64,000 bases of DNA from Caldisericaceae bacterium (GTDB lineage Bacteria > Caldisericota > Caldisericia > Caldisericales > Caldisericaceae): the NCBI GenBank assembly GCA_049967855.1, contig JBMFRX010000001.1, forward strand, positions 1 through 64,000. The letters run 5' to 3'. The stretch's first letter is position 1, and each line of letters starts with the position of its first letter. Of the stretch, positions 1 to 10,636 are shown piece after piece. Below the pieces are notes generated by a model, which saw only the letters and a list, made by a program, of their open reading frames with translations, had not been told where the DNA came from and did not search any database. Made by a program: the position numbers and the translations under genes.

Positions 1-26
1 AACTTTATATTTGAAAGGAGACAATA

Positions 27-924
27 ATGATAAAGAACTTTAATGAAATTTTTGAGCAACTCAAAGGTTTTGGAAGGACTCCTGTTATTGTAGCAGGAGG
101 CGAGGATTTGGATGCCCTTGAAGCGGTTTATGATGGCTACAAGGCAGGTATAGCAGAAGGTGTGCTTATAGGAAATAAGGAGAAAATTGAAGCTGCCCTT
201 CACAAATTTGATGATAAGAGTTTTGTAAGCGGTATTATAAGTGCGCCAAGTGAAGAAGAAAAAGCTCGTATTGCAGTTGACACTGTAAGGAATGGCGGGA
301 TTTTGCTCAAAGGCACCACAAAAACTTCAACACTTATGAAAGCAGTTCTCAACAAAGAGTGGGGCTTAAGAGGAAGTGGAATTATGTCAAGTGTAGCAGC
401 TTTCGAATCAGATTTCGAAGGAAAAGATAAAATTGTGCTCATAAGCGATGGAGGCATTGTGATGTATCCAGATGTGCCGACTCTCATTGCAATGATTGAC
501 AACGCTGTTTTCATTTCTCATAAGCTTGGAATAGAGACTCCAAGAGTTGCTCTTCTCTGTGCAGTTGAGACCGTAAACCCAGATATGCCAGAAACTCTGA
601 ATGCTTCAGTTATTGCAAAAATGAATGCTCGTGGGCAGATAAAGGGTTGTATTGTGGACGGCCCACTTGCCCTTGATAATGCTCTCTACTTACGCAGCAG
701 AGAAAAAGGGGATTAAGTCGGAAGTTGCAGGAAATGCTGATATTCTGATATTGCCAAACATTGTTGCAGGCAACGTTCTTGGAAAAGCAGTTGAATACAT
801 TGCTCACAAACCTCTTGCAGTTACTGTTGTTGGTGCTAAAGCCCCTGTGATGATTTCTTCGCGTGCTGATAGAAGTGAGTCAAAACTCAGGTCAATAGCT
901 CTTACAATACTGGCATCAAGGTAA
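27..924 (+). pseudogene. ptb: Phosphate butyryl/acyl-transferase (PTA_PTB family), frameshifted near 682-687
   Basis: ORF 27..716 has PTB motifs (LLKG, SDGG, PRVALL..VETVNP, VDGPLALDNA). The family C-terminus (AAEKKGIKSEVAGNADILILPNIVAGN...SRAD) continues in ORF 652..924. Adding CT to the CTCTCT run joins them. May be a sequencing error rather than a true pseudogene. Confidence 0.85.
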
Positions 925-931
925 AATTTTA

Positions 932-959
932 TCTCCCTGAGTATGGTAGCTCAGGGAGA
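932..959. terminator. Hairpin between convergent genes, probable terminator
   Basis: TCTCCCTGAG-8nt-CTCAGGGAGA perfect 10-bp inverted repeat between ptb stop and the DUF1893 stop. Confidence 0.65.
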
Positions 960-1406
960 CTTATTCCTGAAACTTTCCAGTACTTCGGATATTCTCTTTA
1001 ATGCAGTTTCACTGTCTTCTACATCAAGAACTGATTTCTCAAATGGACACATTCCGTCTTTCTTTGTGTTCATAATGTATTGGGCTCTCTCCCCAAATGC
1101 GTAAGGAATATTGTTTTTTTCGAGAATTTTAACTGCATCTTCGCTCATTAATCCTCCAAAGACATATTTGGGTCTAAGAAGAAGTATGAGAAAGGCTGAA
1201 GCCTTGCCTAAAACCTTGTCACCCCAGTAAAGTCCATAGAATTTATCAAGTTGACCAAGATTTTTGGAGACGAAGTCATATATTGGCTTAACTCCTGAGC
1301 CAGTAAACGTCAAAGAAGCTTCGCCATCCTCCTTGAATGCAACGGCAGATATTCCAACCCTTCTTAGCGTTTTCTTGATTAATTCCTCGATACCGCATTT
1401 ATTCAT
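951..1406 (-). CDS. DUF1893 (TM1506-like) protein
   Basis: Motifs GVKPI, DKVLGKASA, MSEDA, IMN...GMCPFE typical of DUF1893; overlaps the upstream AKR stop. Confidence 0.75.
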   Translation of the reverse strand: MNKCGIEELIKKTLRRVGISAVAFKEDGEASLTFTGSGVKPIYDFVSKNLGQLDKFYGLYWGDKVLGKASAFLILLLRPKYVFGGLMSEDAVKILEKNNIPYAFGERAQYIMNTKKDGMCPFEKSVLDVEDSETALKRISEVLESFRNKSP

Positions 1407-2529
1407 TGCCGAATTCCTTGCTTATTTTTTCCATAAGGTCTCTAATTGGAAGTTTTTGTGGGCACTTTGTTTCACAGTCACCGCATTTTATGCAGGAGTC
1501 GGCTTTTGTGTCTAAAAATGAATATCTTGCTTTTGCCTTTTCCATCTGTCCAAATAGATAACCTTTGTTATAAATATCAAATATTCCAGGAATATTTATT
1601 CCTACAGTGCAGGGCAAGCAGTATTGGCATCCTGTGCAGGCAATCGGGCGAAGTTCCTCCATCAACTTCCGGACCTCGCTAAATGAGTTAATTTCCTCTT
1701 GAGATAACATATCAATGTGAGATTTGTCTGCAAACTTAATGTTCTGTTCGACCTGTTCAAGTGTGCTCATTCCACTCAGTACCACTGATACTTCAGGCTG
1801 GTTCCACAGCCATGAGAGTGCCCACTCAACTGGCGTTCGTCTGATGCTATTTTTTTCAAACACTGACAAAATCTCCCTTGGCATGTTTGCGAGCTCTCCG
1901 CCTCTAAGCGGCTCCATTATTACAACTGCAAGCCCTTTGGAACTTGCATATTTCAGCCCTCTTAGGCCTGCCTGGTAGTTTACGTCAAGATAGTTGTACT
2001 GGATTTGTGCAAAGTCCCACTTTTCATAGTAATCGATAATTGATTTAAAAACAGTGAATTCATCGTGGAAAGAAAATCCAAGGAAGCGAATTTTTCCCTG
2101 GGCAACCATCTTTTCTGCCCATGAAAAATAATCAAGCTCAACCATCTTTTCCCATGTTACCTTGTTTAGCGAATGTAGTAAGTAAAAATCAACGTAATCT
2201 GTTTGAAGTTTTTTAAGTTGCTCCTCAAATTTCAATGTCATATCGGCTTGGCTTTCAATTAGCCAGGCAGGTAATTTTGTTGCAATGGCTGTTTTTTGCC
2301 TGTAGCCATCTTTTAGGGCTTTACCAACAAGAGTTTCGCTGTTGCCGCGATGGTATGGATATGCAGTGTCAACGTAGTTTAAGCCGTTGTCAATCGCATA
2401 ACGCAGCATTTTTATTGCTTCTTGTTCGTTGATGTTTGCGGCATCGTTATTGATAGTTGGAAGCCTCATAGTCCCAAATCCAAGTGCAGATACCGTAAAA
2501 CCAGTTTTTCCAAATTTTCTATAATTCAT
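1399..2529 (-). CDS. Aldo/keto reductase with C-terminal 4Fe-4S dicluster
   Basis: LGFGTMRLP, DTAYPYH..SE, GFSFHD, MEPLRGG; C-terminal CxxCxxC..C and CxxCxxCxxxCP. Confidence 0.93.
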   Translation of the reverse strand: MNYRKFGKTGFTVSALGFGTMRLPTINNDAANINEQEAIKMLRYAIDNGLNYVDTAYPYHRGNSETLVGKALKDGYRQKTAIATKLPAWLIESQADMTLKFEEQLKKLQTDYVDFYLLHSLNKVTWEKMVELDYFSWAEKMVAQGKIRFLGFSFHDEFTVFKSIIDYYEKWDFAQIQYNYLDVNYQAGLRGLKYASSKGLAVVIMEPLRGGELANMPREILSVFEKNSIRRTPVEWALSWLWNQPEVSVVLSGMSTLEQVEQNIKFADKSHIDMLSQEEINSFSEVRKLMEELRPIACTGCQYCLPCTVGINIPGIFDIYNKGYLFGQMEKAKARYSFLDTKADSCIKCGDCETKCPQKLPIRDLMEKISKEFGNE

Positions 2530-2702
2530 TTTTCACCTCAGTGGTGTAATTTTACCATAAAAGAGCAGCTAATGAAAAATCTCAGGAAGAAAATTATGTT
2601 TAACTTTTTTCTCTGCCTTTTGTCTTCTTATAAAATGTGTATTCAATATCGATTGTTTTTAAAATGCAAAGTTTATCAAAAAAACTTCATTTAACTGTTG
2701 TG

Positions 2703-3546
2703 TTGCCTCACTTAATTTTCTTATTCTTTTGTAACCTGCAATCATCGTAAGCAGGTTCTACGAAATATTCACTCTTCTGTAATCGCTACTCCTTTCGTAC
2801 GATTCTATACGAAATTATTCTGAATCAAAGGAAAAATCACTTGGTAATTTTACATCGGTTTTTTTATGTTTTCTTTGTTTTTTCTTTAACCTTCTTATCG
2901 TATAGTCCAGAAAGTTCTTGTGGAACTTTATCTAACTCTCTTTTAAGTAAAAGTGGATTAAGCATTTCATATGTTCTTCTGAGTTTCTCTTTTACCTATT
3001 CTGAGACACCATTTGATTCAATGATTCTTATGTATGGCGTTTCAAGTTTATCGTGTTTCTTTGATACCTTGCAACCCGTACTTCCCTTAAGCAGGTTTAT
3101 TGCCATTGTTTCAGTCCACCCAGTATGTACATCTGTCAATCAAGGGAATAGAGAAATTCTCCTCTTGGGTTGCTTCTATCATGACCAACAAAATCTACTT
3201 CCTATTCCTCTGTAATCCACCTTCTTTTTCAGTGGATTCCAAAGCCTGGCTCTTTCTCCTTCCATTGAGAGTTTGTTCTTACTCTGCTGTAATTTGCGTC
3301 CTTTATGAGCAATTTTCCAACTTATCTAGCATTCTGTCCTTTTCTTTCATTCTTAACTTCTGGTACATCATTGCACCTTCTCTTATTACAGCCTTTCTCT
3401 CTTTATGGATTTACTTACAAAGATCCTTCTTTAATTTTTTAGAGCTTCTTCTAAGTTCTTAATCGTTTTACCTCCGTTTCTATTTTTTAAGAATCTGTTG
3501 AAAAGGATCACAGATTACAGAAGATTAAAGATTTTTGATGAGGCAA
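2703..3546 (-). mobile_element. Decayed insertion sequence remnant (rve/integrase-core transposase, ISNCY-like)
   Basis: Manual minus-strand translation gives ordered transposase fragments ERKAVIREGAMMYQKLRMKEKDRMLD / VRTNSQWKEKEPGF / EVDFVGHDRSNPRGEFLYSL / LTDVHTGWTE / KKHDKLETPYIRIIES / LNPLLLKREL, broken by stops, frameshifts and large deletions; short flanking inverted repeat TTGCCTCA (2703) / TGAGGCAA (3539). Confidence 0.7.
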
Positions 3547-3602
3547 TTTGCTTGTTTGTATAAGATCATTTTTTTGATAAACTAAAATAGGAGGCGATTG
3601 TG

Positions 3603-4109
3603 ATGAAAAAAATAGCTGTACTGATTGAAGACAATTTCAATGAATTTGAGGTAATTTACCCTTATTACCGTCTTAAAGAAGCTGGTTTTGATTCTCTACT
3701 AGTAGGACCTGAAGCAAGAGTCTATCATTCTAAAGTTGGGCTCACAATGAAGGCAGATGTGTCTATTAACGATATCAACTTCGACGAGTTTGATGGTGTT
3801 GTCATACCTGGTGGGTATGCGCCTGACCTTCTAAGAAGAAACGAAAGAGTTCTTGCATTCGTGAAGAAAATGTTTGACAGCTCTAAGCTTGTTGGTGCAA
3901 TCTGTCATGCAGGTTGGGTGCTTATCTCTGCAAAGGTTGTAAATGGGGTGACTCTCACAGGGTTTGCAGCGGTTAAAGATGACCTCAAAAACGCTGGTGC
4001 AAAATATGTCGATGAGGAGGTTGTTGTTGATGGCAACCTGATCACCTCGAGAAGTCCTGCCGATTTACCTGCCTTTATGAGAGAAATTGTCAAATTCCTG
4101 AATAAGTAA
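3603..4109 (+). CDS. PfpI/DJ-1 family type 1 glutamine amidotransferase-like protein (protease/glyoxalase III)
   Basis: EFEVIYP, IPGG.APD, AICHAG nucleophile motif, VVVDGNLITSR.P.DLPAF; RBS AGGAGG. Confidence 0.92.
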   Translation: MKKIAVLIEDNFNEFEVIYPYYRLKEAGFDSLLVGPEARVYHSKVGLTMKADVSINDINFDEFDGVVIPGGYAPDLLRRNERVLAFVKKMFDSSKLVGAICHAGWVLISAKVVNGVTLTGFAAVKDDLKNAGAKYVDEEVVVDGNLITSRSPADLPAFMREIVKFLNK

Positions 4110-4110
4110 G

Positions 4111-4659
4111 ATGAAGGTAGTTTACAGTAGAGCATTTGAAGATATTGATTTAGAAGTTGTGAATGGAGATATCACCCAGGAAGATGTTGATGCCATTGTA
4201 AATGCTGCAAACGGATATCTCTCTCATGGGGGAGGGGTTGCCCTTGCGATTGTTAGGGCTGGTGGAGCGGTGATTCAGGATGAAAGCAACGCCATTGTCA
4301 GGAAAAATGGGCCACTTAAGACAGGTGAAGCCGTGCTTACAAGTGGAGGAAACCTAAAAGCAAAGTACGTGATTCATACTGTAGGCCCGCAATGGGGTGA
4401 AGGCGATGAAGACCGAAAGCTCAGAGATGCTATTGTAGCTGTTCTCACAATAGCAAAAGATAACGGTTTCAGGTCGATTTCAATTCCTGCGGTCAGCTGT
4501 GGCATTTTTGGCTTTCCTAAAGAGAGGGGCACTGAAATAATTGTGAGAACTGTCCTGGACTTTATAAAATCTAATGTAACCTCTCTTGAGAAAGTGCGTT
4601 TTATAGGGACTCAAAATGATATTGTTTCATCCTTTGAACGGGCTCTAAAAAATGCTTGA
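4111..4659 (+). CDS. Macro domain ADP-ribose hydrolase (YmdB/MacroD-like)
   Basis: GDIT, AIVNAAN..L.HGGGVA, VIHTVGP, PAVSCGIFGFP. Confidence 0.93.
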   Translation: MKVVYSRAFEDIDLEVVNGDITQEDVDAIVNAANGYLSHGGGVALAIVRAGGAVIQDESNAIVRKNGPLKTGEAVLTSGGNLKAKYVIHTVGPQWGEGDEDRKLRDAIVAVLTIAKDNGFRSISIPAVSCGIFGFPKERGTEIIVRTVLDFIKSNVTSLEKVRFIGTQNDIVSSFERALKNA

Positions 4660-5050
4660 AATATACACTGATGGTGCATCAAGAGGCAATCCAGGCAAAA
4701 GTGCTATTGCTGGAGTAATTGTAAAAGATAAGCAAATCATAAAAGTTTACGCAGAGTTTTGCGGAATCACTACGAACAATGTTGCAGAGTATTCTGCTAT
4801 TATTAAGGCACTTGACGAGGCAATTAGACTTCGCGAGAGTAGAGTTAGAGTGTTATCTGACTCTGAACTTGTAATTTCACAGATTCTTGGGAAGTACAAG
4901 GTGAAAGCAATTCATCTCGCGGAGCTCTTTGAAGAAGTCTCAGAGAAAAGCAAAATGTTCAGCTCTGTTGTATTTGAGAATCTGCCGCGTGAGAACCACT
5001 ATATAGCAATTGCTGATAAGCTTACAACTTACATTCTTGGGGCAAAATGA
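4652..5050 (+). CDS. rnhA: Ribonuclease HI family protein
   Basis: YTDGASRGNPG, TNNVAEY, SDSELV, AD acidic catalytic residues. Confidence 0.88.
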   Translation: MLEIYTDGASRGNPGKSAIAGVIVKDKQIIKVYAEFCGITTNNVAEYSAIIKALDEAIRLRESRVRVLSDSELVISQILGKYKVKAIHLAELFEEVSEKSKMFSSVVFENLPRENHYIAIADKLTTYILGAK

Positions 5051-5059
5051 GGAGGAGCT

Positions 5060-5272
5060 ATGTATGAAGTTATAAATGCTTCGGATTTAAAGAGAGACCT
5101 TTTAGAGATTCTAAAGAGGGTAGAAGATGGGGAATCGTTCCTTGTGATAAGAAAAAGCAAACCCTCCGCCTATATTGTGAGGGCTGAGCTTTTTGAGTCC
5201 CTTATTGAGAGTGTCAAGCTTGCTTCTAACAAGGAGTTTATGAAAAAACTTCTGGAAGATGAAAAAAAGTAA
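5060..5272 (+). CDS. Phd/YefM-family antitoxin-like protein
   Basis: 70 aa; INASDLK..L.EILKRVEDGESFLVIRKSKPSAYIV pattern; RBS GAGGAGG. Confidence 0.75.
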   Translation: MYEVINASDLKRDLLEILKRVEDGESFLVIRKSKPSAYIVRAELFESLIESVKLASNKEFMKKLLEDEKK

Positions 5273-5885
5273 GCTCCTTTTAGAAGATTCCATTGAGACA
5301 GATGGAGTGAATGTATACAAACGTGGCAGGCTCATCTACTCTCCGCTAATTACCAGCAGCAAAAAGAAATTTTCTTTGCTTGTCTTATATGCCAGGAATT
5401 TTGACCTTGATAAACTATTTGAAGTAGTTAATAATTTCTCTGTGGACTTTGTATACGACATTGTTGTTGTGCTGAGTAAGAGTGATTTGCAAAAAAATTT
5501 TTCATTGCTTGGAGGATTAGATGCAAAGATTGTTATCTGCCCTGACCCTGAAGATGTGCTTTATGCATCCTTGAAGGCTGGCCTCAGAGCCGTAAGCAAT
5601 CAAACAGACTTTTTGGTGCTCCATTTCGGCAATCTTAGCAATGTTAGCAAAGAAACTTTTATACAGATATGCAGTTTTGCTGAGATTTCAGGTTCTATTA
5701 TGACAATCCCCACTTTTCAGGGGAAAAAGGGTCATCCTGTAGTATTCAAAAAAACACTTCTCCCAGAGCTAATGGCTTTGCGCAAAGAAAAGGGTTTGCC
5801 TTATCTTATGCGAAAATTTGCCAAAGATATTTCTGTTGTAGCTGTTTCTGATGACAGCATTTTGCGAAAAAATAGTATTGAATAA
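5259..5885 (+). CDS. Divergent nucleotidyltransferase-like protein (MocA/NTP_transf_3-like)
   Basis: SLKAGL, P.FQGKKGHPVVF, L..L..EKG match the MocA-type C-terminal half; the N-terminal LAAG.SxR motif is absent. Confidence 0.6.
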   Translation: MKKSKLLLEDSIETDGVNVYKRGRLIYSPLITSSKKKFSLLVLYARNFDLDKLFEVVNNFSVDFVYDIVVVLSKSDLQKNFSLLGGLDAKIVICPDPEDVLYASLKAGLRAVSNQTDFLVLHFGNLSNVSKETFIQICSFAEISGSIMTIPTFQGKKGHPVVFKKTLLPELMALRKEKGLPYLMRKFAKDISVVAVSDDSILRKNSIE

Positions 5886-5941
5886 TTGATGCGGAAGGTT
5901 GTTAAAATTCACTGCAAAAATGTTATAATAGTAACTGAGGT

Positions 5942-6235
5942 ATGCTTATGGCAAGAGTAACTGTTTTCTTTCACGGAACTACAAGAGAGGAAGTAGGCAA
6001 AGAGAGAATCTTTCTTGATGTTTCAACTATTAAAGAGCTTTTTGATCTTTTGGGCAAGGAATTTCCAAAGCTCTTAGAAGATATAAAATATGGAAGGCTA
6101 ACCTGCCTTGTTAATGGCAGAAATATTGAAACTCTAAAAGGCAATGATACTGAATTAGAACAATTTGACCTTGTTGGTTTGACGATGAAAAATGGCGGTC
6201 TCATTGATTTTTTCCCCCCTGATGGCGGTGGATAA
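5942..6235 (+). CDS. MoaD/ThiS-family sulfur carrier (ubiquitin-like)
   Basis: VTVFFHGT.RE..G, LVNGRNI..L.G.DT.L, C-terminal FFPPDGGG. Confidence 0.8.
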   Translation: MLMARVTVFFHGTTREEVGKERIFLDVSTIKELFDLLGKEFPKLLEDIKYGRLTCLVNGRNIETLKGNDTELEQFDLVGLTMKNGGLIDFFPPDGGG

Positions 6236-6285
6236 TTTTAATCATTCTTTAGAAGACAATTAGAAAAGAGCAAAAGGAGAAAAAA

Positions 6286-8838
6286 ATGTTCACATTTCCT
6301 GAGAATTTCCTTGAAAAAGGTTTAAGCAGCACGGAAGTTGTTGAATCCAGAGAAAAAAATGGGATGAATACGCTCCCTGAGGCACGAAAGCAAACTATTT
6401 TTGAACAGTTTATTGATCAGTTTAAGAATTTTCTAATCATTATCTTGATTATTGCAGCCATTATTTCTGCCTTTTTTGGTGAATTAGCTGACACAATTGC
6501 CATAATTGCAATAGTGATATTAAATGCGATTCTGGGCGTTTCCCAGGAACGTCGCGCTGAGACAGCACTTGAAGCTGTAAGAAAGCTCGCAAATCCGACA
6601 ACTAAAGTTATGCGTGACGGTACTTTGCAGACTATTAACTCTGAGGAAGTAGTCCTTGGAGATCTTGTAGTGCTTGAAGCCGGCGACAAAATAAGCTGCG
6701 ATGGCACGATACTTGAGGAGAGAGCTTTAAACATTGACGAATCAACTTTGACTGGAGAATCAGTCTCTGTTAAAAAGGTCAAGGCTGCACCTAACGAGGA
6801 AGCCACTGAAGAAAATTGTGTATTTATGGGAACTGCTGTTACAAAAGGCAGGGGTAAAGTTTGGGTCACAGCGGTCGGAATCAATACAAAGCTTGGGCAA
6901 ATTGCTTCCAAAATCAGAGAGGTAAAGAAGGATAAAACACCTCTTGAAATTCAGCTTGACGCCCTTGGCAGGCTTCTTGGCATTATATTTCTTTTGATCT
7001 CTTTAGTGATTTTTGTTCTCGGTGCTTTAAGAGGTAACCAAATAACTGAGATGTTTTTGACGAGCATAAGTCTTGCTGTTGCAGCCATTCCCGAAGGCCT
7101 TCCAGCTGTCGTAACTATCGTACTTGCGATAGGTGTCGCTGAGATGGCAAAGAGAAAAGCAGTTATAAGGAATCTTCCTGCTGTGGAAACTCTTGGAGCC
7201 GTTACGCACATCTGCACTGATAAGACAGGCACGCTTACACAAAATAAAATGACTCTTGTTGGAGTATGGACCGACGAGAGATATCTAACTGGCTCACATA
7301 TTAGGAAAGAAGCAATAAAAGAGGAAATAATTCGCGGAATGGTTCTTTGCAACGATGCAACTCTCTCTTCAGGAGATCCAACCGAAATTGCACTTATCAG
7401 TTTTATGGAAAGAGACTTTATTGAAAAGCTTAGAGCAACTTTTCCGAGGATTTCTGAGATACCATTTACATCTGAAACTAAACGTATGACTACGATTCAT
7501 AAAGCTTACGAAAAAAACCTTGTTATATCAAAAGGAGCAATCGAGATAATCCTTTCACTTTCTAATAGAGAGCTTATCAACGGCAAAGTGGAGGAACTTT
7601 CTCAAAGCCGAAAGAATCAGATTCTAAAAATCTCAGAAGATTTTGCCGCAAAAGGACTGCGAATACTTGGTTTTGCTGAAAATACTCTTGATGGCACAAT
7701 CAATTTAAGCGAAGCCGAATTAGAAAAAAACCTCATCTTTCTTGGATTCGTCGTTCTTAAAGACCCTCTTCGCCCAGAAGTAAAAGAAGCTGTTGATTTG
7801 TGTAGAAGCGCAGGTATTAGACCTGTTATGATTACAGGCGACCATCCTGTGACTGCCTATTCAATATCGATGGAGCTTGATTTTCCTGAAGGGCGTGTAG
7901 TCACTTCTTCTGATATGCAATCGATTGACGATGACGCTCTCTCTATGATAGTTGACGATGTGAGTGTATTTGCAAGAATAAATCCCCTTGATAAGCTCAG
8001 GATAGTTGAGGCTTTACAGAAAAATGGCGAGGTTGTTGCAATGACTGGCGACGGGGTTAATGATGCTCCAGCACTGAAGAAGTCGGATATAGGAGTGAGC
8101 ATGGGTAAAACGGGTACAGAAGTAGCAAAGGAAGCTAGCGATATGGTGCTTATGGACGATAATTTTGCTACTCTTGTTGACGCAGTGTACCAGGGCCGAA
8201 CCATATATGAAAATATGCGGAAGTTTGTCGTTTATTTGTTATCGTGCAATATTGGCGAAGTGTTGGTTATGTTTACTGCGATAATTATAGGTTATCCTGT
8301 GCCTCTTCTACCTCTTCAGCTTCTGTGGCTTAATCTTGTAACCGATAGTTTCCCTGCCCTTGCTCTCGGAATGGAAAAAGGAGAGCCTCACATTATGCAT
8401 TCAAAGCCACGTGGGAAAAAGGAGCCCCTTCTCAATAGGTATCATGCAGGCATTATTGTTACTCAAAGTGTTGCAATAACCTTAGCAACTTTGGCTGGTT
8501 TCTTGATTGGCTTGAAGAGGACAGGTGATGTAAATGAAGCTCGCACAATTGCCTATATGGTGCTTGTGCTTTCAGAGCTGTTTAGAGCCTTTTCAGCACG
8601 TTCATTTGAAGGGTACGTCTTCAGGATTGGAATTTTTTCCAATAAGTTCCTTACTTATTCTACTATTGCTGGTATTCTCCTATTGCTTCTTACTATTTAT
8701 ATTAAGCCAGTTCAAATTCTTTTTAGAAATGTTCAGCCGACGGGAAGCGAATTTTTATATATAATTTTGCTCTCGTTAGTACCATTTGCAATTTCGGAGT
8801 TTTCAAAAATAATAAGAAAAGACGAAGAAGGGAGGTAA
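6286..8838 (+). CDS. Cation (Ca2+-type, P2A) transporting P-type ATPase
   Basis: [34 protein letters not shown] motifs. Confidence 0.95.
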   Translation: MFTFPENFLEKGLSSTEVVESREKNGMNTLPEARKQTIFEQFIDQFKNFLIIILIIAAIISAFFGELADTIAIIAIVILNAILGVSQERRAETALEAVRKLANPTTKVMRDGTLQTINSEEVVLGDLVVLEAGDKISCDGTILEERALNIDESTLTGESVSVKKVKAAPNEEATEENCVFMGTAVTKGRGKVWVTAVGINTKLGQIASKIREVKKDKTPLEIQLDALGRLLGIIFLLISLVIFVLGALRGNQITEMFLTSISLAVAAIPEGLPAVVTIVLAIGVAEMAKRKAVIRNLPAVETLGAVTHICTDKTGTLTQNKMTLVGVWTDERYLTGSHIRKEAIKEEIIRGMVLCNDATLSSGDPTEIALISFMERDFIEKLRATFPRISEIPFTSETKRMTTIHKAYEKNLVISKGAIEIILSLSNRELINGKVEELSQSRKNQILKISEDFAAKGLRILGFAENTLDGTINLSEAELEKNLIFLGFVVLKDPLRPEVKEAVDLCRSAGIRPVMITGDHPVTAYSISMELDFPEGRVVTSSDMQSIDDDALSMIVDDVSVFARINPLDKLRIVEALQKNGEVVAMTGDGVNDAPALKKSDIGVSMGKTGTEVAKEASDMVLMDDNFATLVDAVYQGRTIYENMRKFVVYLLSCNIGEVLVMFTAIIIGYPVPLLPLQLLWLNLVTDSFPALALGMEKGEPHIMHSKPRGKKEPLLNRYHAGIIVTQSVAITLATLAGFLIGLKRTGDVNEARTIAYMVLVLSELFRAFSARSFEGYVFRIGIFSNKFLTYSTIAGILLLLLTIYIKPVQILFRNVQPTGSEFLYIILLSLVPFAISEFSKIIRKDEEGR

Positions 8839-8843
8839 TAAAA

Positions 8844-10502
8844 ATGGTAAGAATAATAAAGGCCCCACGAGGCAAAGAGCTTCACACTAAAGGATGGGGC
8901 CAGGAAGCTGCGATGAGGATGATTATGAACAACCTTGACCCAGAGGTTGCTCGTGACCCAGAGCACCTTATTGTTTACGGAGGTACAGGGAGGGCTGCGA
9001 GGAATTGGGAAAGTTTTGATGCAATAGTCGGTAGCCTTAAGGAACTTGAGTCCGATGAAACTCTTCTTGTCCAATCTGGCAAACCTGTAGCAGTTTTTAG
9101 GACCAATGAATGGGCTCCAAGAGTTCTTATTTCAAACTCTATGCTTGTTCCTAAGTGGGCAGATTGGGAGCACTTCAGGGAACTTGAAGAGCGTGGTCTA
9201 ACGATGTTTGGACAGATGACAGCAGGAAGTTGGATTTACATAGGAACTCAGGGCATTCTTCAGGGGACTTACGAGGTCTTCTATGCAGTTGCTCGAAAAT
9301 ACTTTGGCGGAACGCTAAAAGGCAGACTGGTTGTAACATCAGGGCTTGGAGAAATGGGTGGAGCTCAGCCTCTGGCAGTAACTTTTAATGGAGGTGTTGT
9401 TATTGCGGTCGAAGTTGATAAAAGAATGATTGACCGACGTTTGGAAAAACATTATCTTGACACATGGACTGATTCATACGAAGAAGCAATAAGGCTTGCG
9501 CTTGGTGCCAAGGAAGAAGGAAAACCGCTTTCTATTGGTTTGCTTGCAAATGCTGCAGAAGTTTTACCAAGGATGGCAAAGGAGAGTTTTGTACCGGATA
9601 TTGTTACAGACCAGACTTCGGCACATGACCCTTTGAACGGCTATATTCCAATTGGTTTAAGTGTTGAAGAGGCACAGGAACTTCGAATTAAAGACAAAGA
9701 GGGTTATCTTTCGCGTGTTTATGATTCAATGGTTGCTCATGTCAATGCACTGGTTGCCCTTCAAAGAATGGGAGCAAAGGCATTTGAGTATGGCAACAAC
9801 ATCCGAAGAATGTCGTTTGACAATGGGGCGAAAGATGCATTCGAAATTGTTGGCTACGTTCCTGAGTACATAAGGCCTCTTTTTTCTGAAGGGAAAGGTC
9901 CTTTCAGATGGGTGGCTCTGTCAGGAGACCCAGAAGATATTTACAAAACTGATGAAGTTGTCCTCAATTTGTTCCCTTATGATGATCATCTTAGGCGCTG
10001 GATAGAGTTGGCGCATGATAAGGTTTACTGGCAGGGTCTTCCTGCAAGAATTTGCTGGCTTGGCCAGGGTGAGCGTGAAGCTTTTGGCCTGGAAATAAAT
10101 AAAATGGTACGCGAAGGAAAGTTGCAAGCCCCAATCGTAATTGGAAGAGACCATCACGATACAGGTTCTGTTGCATCTCCTTACAGGGAGACTGAAAAAA
10201 TGAAAGATGGTTCAGATGCAATTGCTGATTGGCCTATCCTGAATGCACTTCTTAACACTTCATCTGGTGCAACATGGGTTTCAGTGCACCACGGGGGAGG
10301 TGTCGGAATTGGTTATTCAATTCATGCAGGATTTGTTATTGTGGCAGATGGTACAAAACTCACAGATGAAAAACTCTCGAGGGTTCTCAATAATGACCCT
10401 GCTACAGGAGTTGTTCGCCATGCCGATGCTGGGTACGAGATTGCAATTGAAACGGCAAGAAAACACAACATAAAAATGCCAATGCTAAGGAGCGACTCTT
10501 AA
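8844..10502 (+). CDS. hutU: Urocanate hydratase
   Basis: [54 protein letters not shown]. Confidence 0.98.
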   Translation: MVRIIKAPRGKELHTKGWGQEAAMRMIMNNLDPEVARDPEHLIVYGGTGRAARNWESFDAIVGSLKELESDETLLVQSGKPVAVFRTNEWAPRVLISNSMLVPKWADWEHFRELEERGLTMFGQMTAGSWIYIGTQGILQGTYEVFYAVARKYFGGTLKGRLVVTSGLGEMGGAQPLAVTFNGGVVIAVEVDKRMIDRRLEKHYLDTWTDSYEEAIRLALGAKEEGKPLSIGLLANAAEVLPRMAKESFVPDIVTDQTSAHDPLNGYIPIGLSVEEAQELRIKDKEGYLSRVYDSMVAHVNALVALQRMGAKAFEYGNNIRRMSFDNGAKDAFEIVGYVPEYIRPLFSEGKGPFRWVALSGDPEDIYKTDEVVLNLFPYDDHLRRWIELAHDKVYWQGLPARICWLGQGEREAFGLEINKMVREGKLQAPIVIGRDHHDTGSVASPYRETEKMKDGSDAIADWPILNALLNTSSGATWVSVHHGGGVGIGYSIHAGFVIVADGTKLTDEKLSRVLNNDPATGVVRHADAGYEIAIETARKHNIKMPMLRSDS

Positions 10503-10563
10503 TAAAACTTAATGTTCTAATGCATTGAGAATTGTATACGCAAACGTCAACTTTGTATTTTAT

Positions 10564-10612
10564 ATAGGGTTTCTTCAGCACCAATCGAAGCGCTTGAATG
10601 AAGAGGCCCTAT
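10564..10612. terminator. Stem-loop between convergent hutU and metallophosphoesterase genes
   Basis: ATAGGGTTTCTTCA ... TGAAGAGGCCCTAT, 14-bp stem with two G-U pairs, followed by a T-rich tract. Confidence 0.6.
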
Positions 10613-10636
10613 TATTTTTGCTTTTTGTGCATTTTA

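Noticed and set aside
2841..3462. Two hydrophobic-looking plus-strand ORFs (124 and 120 aa)
   Set aside because: Antisense to the Lys/Glu-rich transposase remnant, which explains the Phe/Leu/Ser bias.
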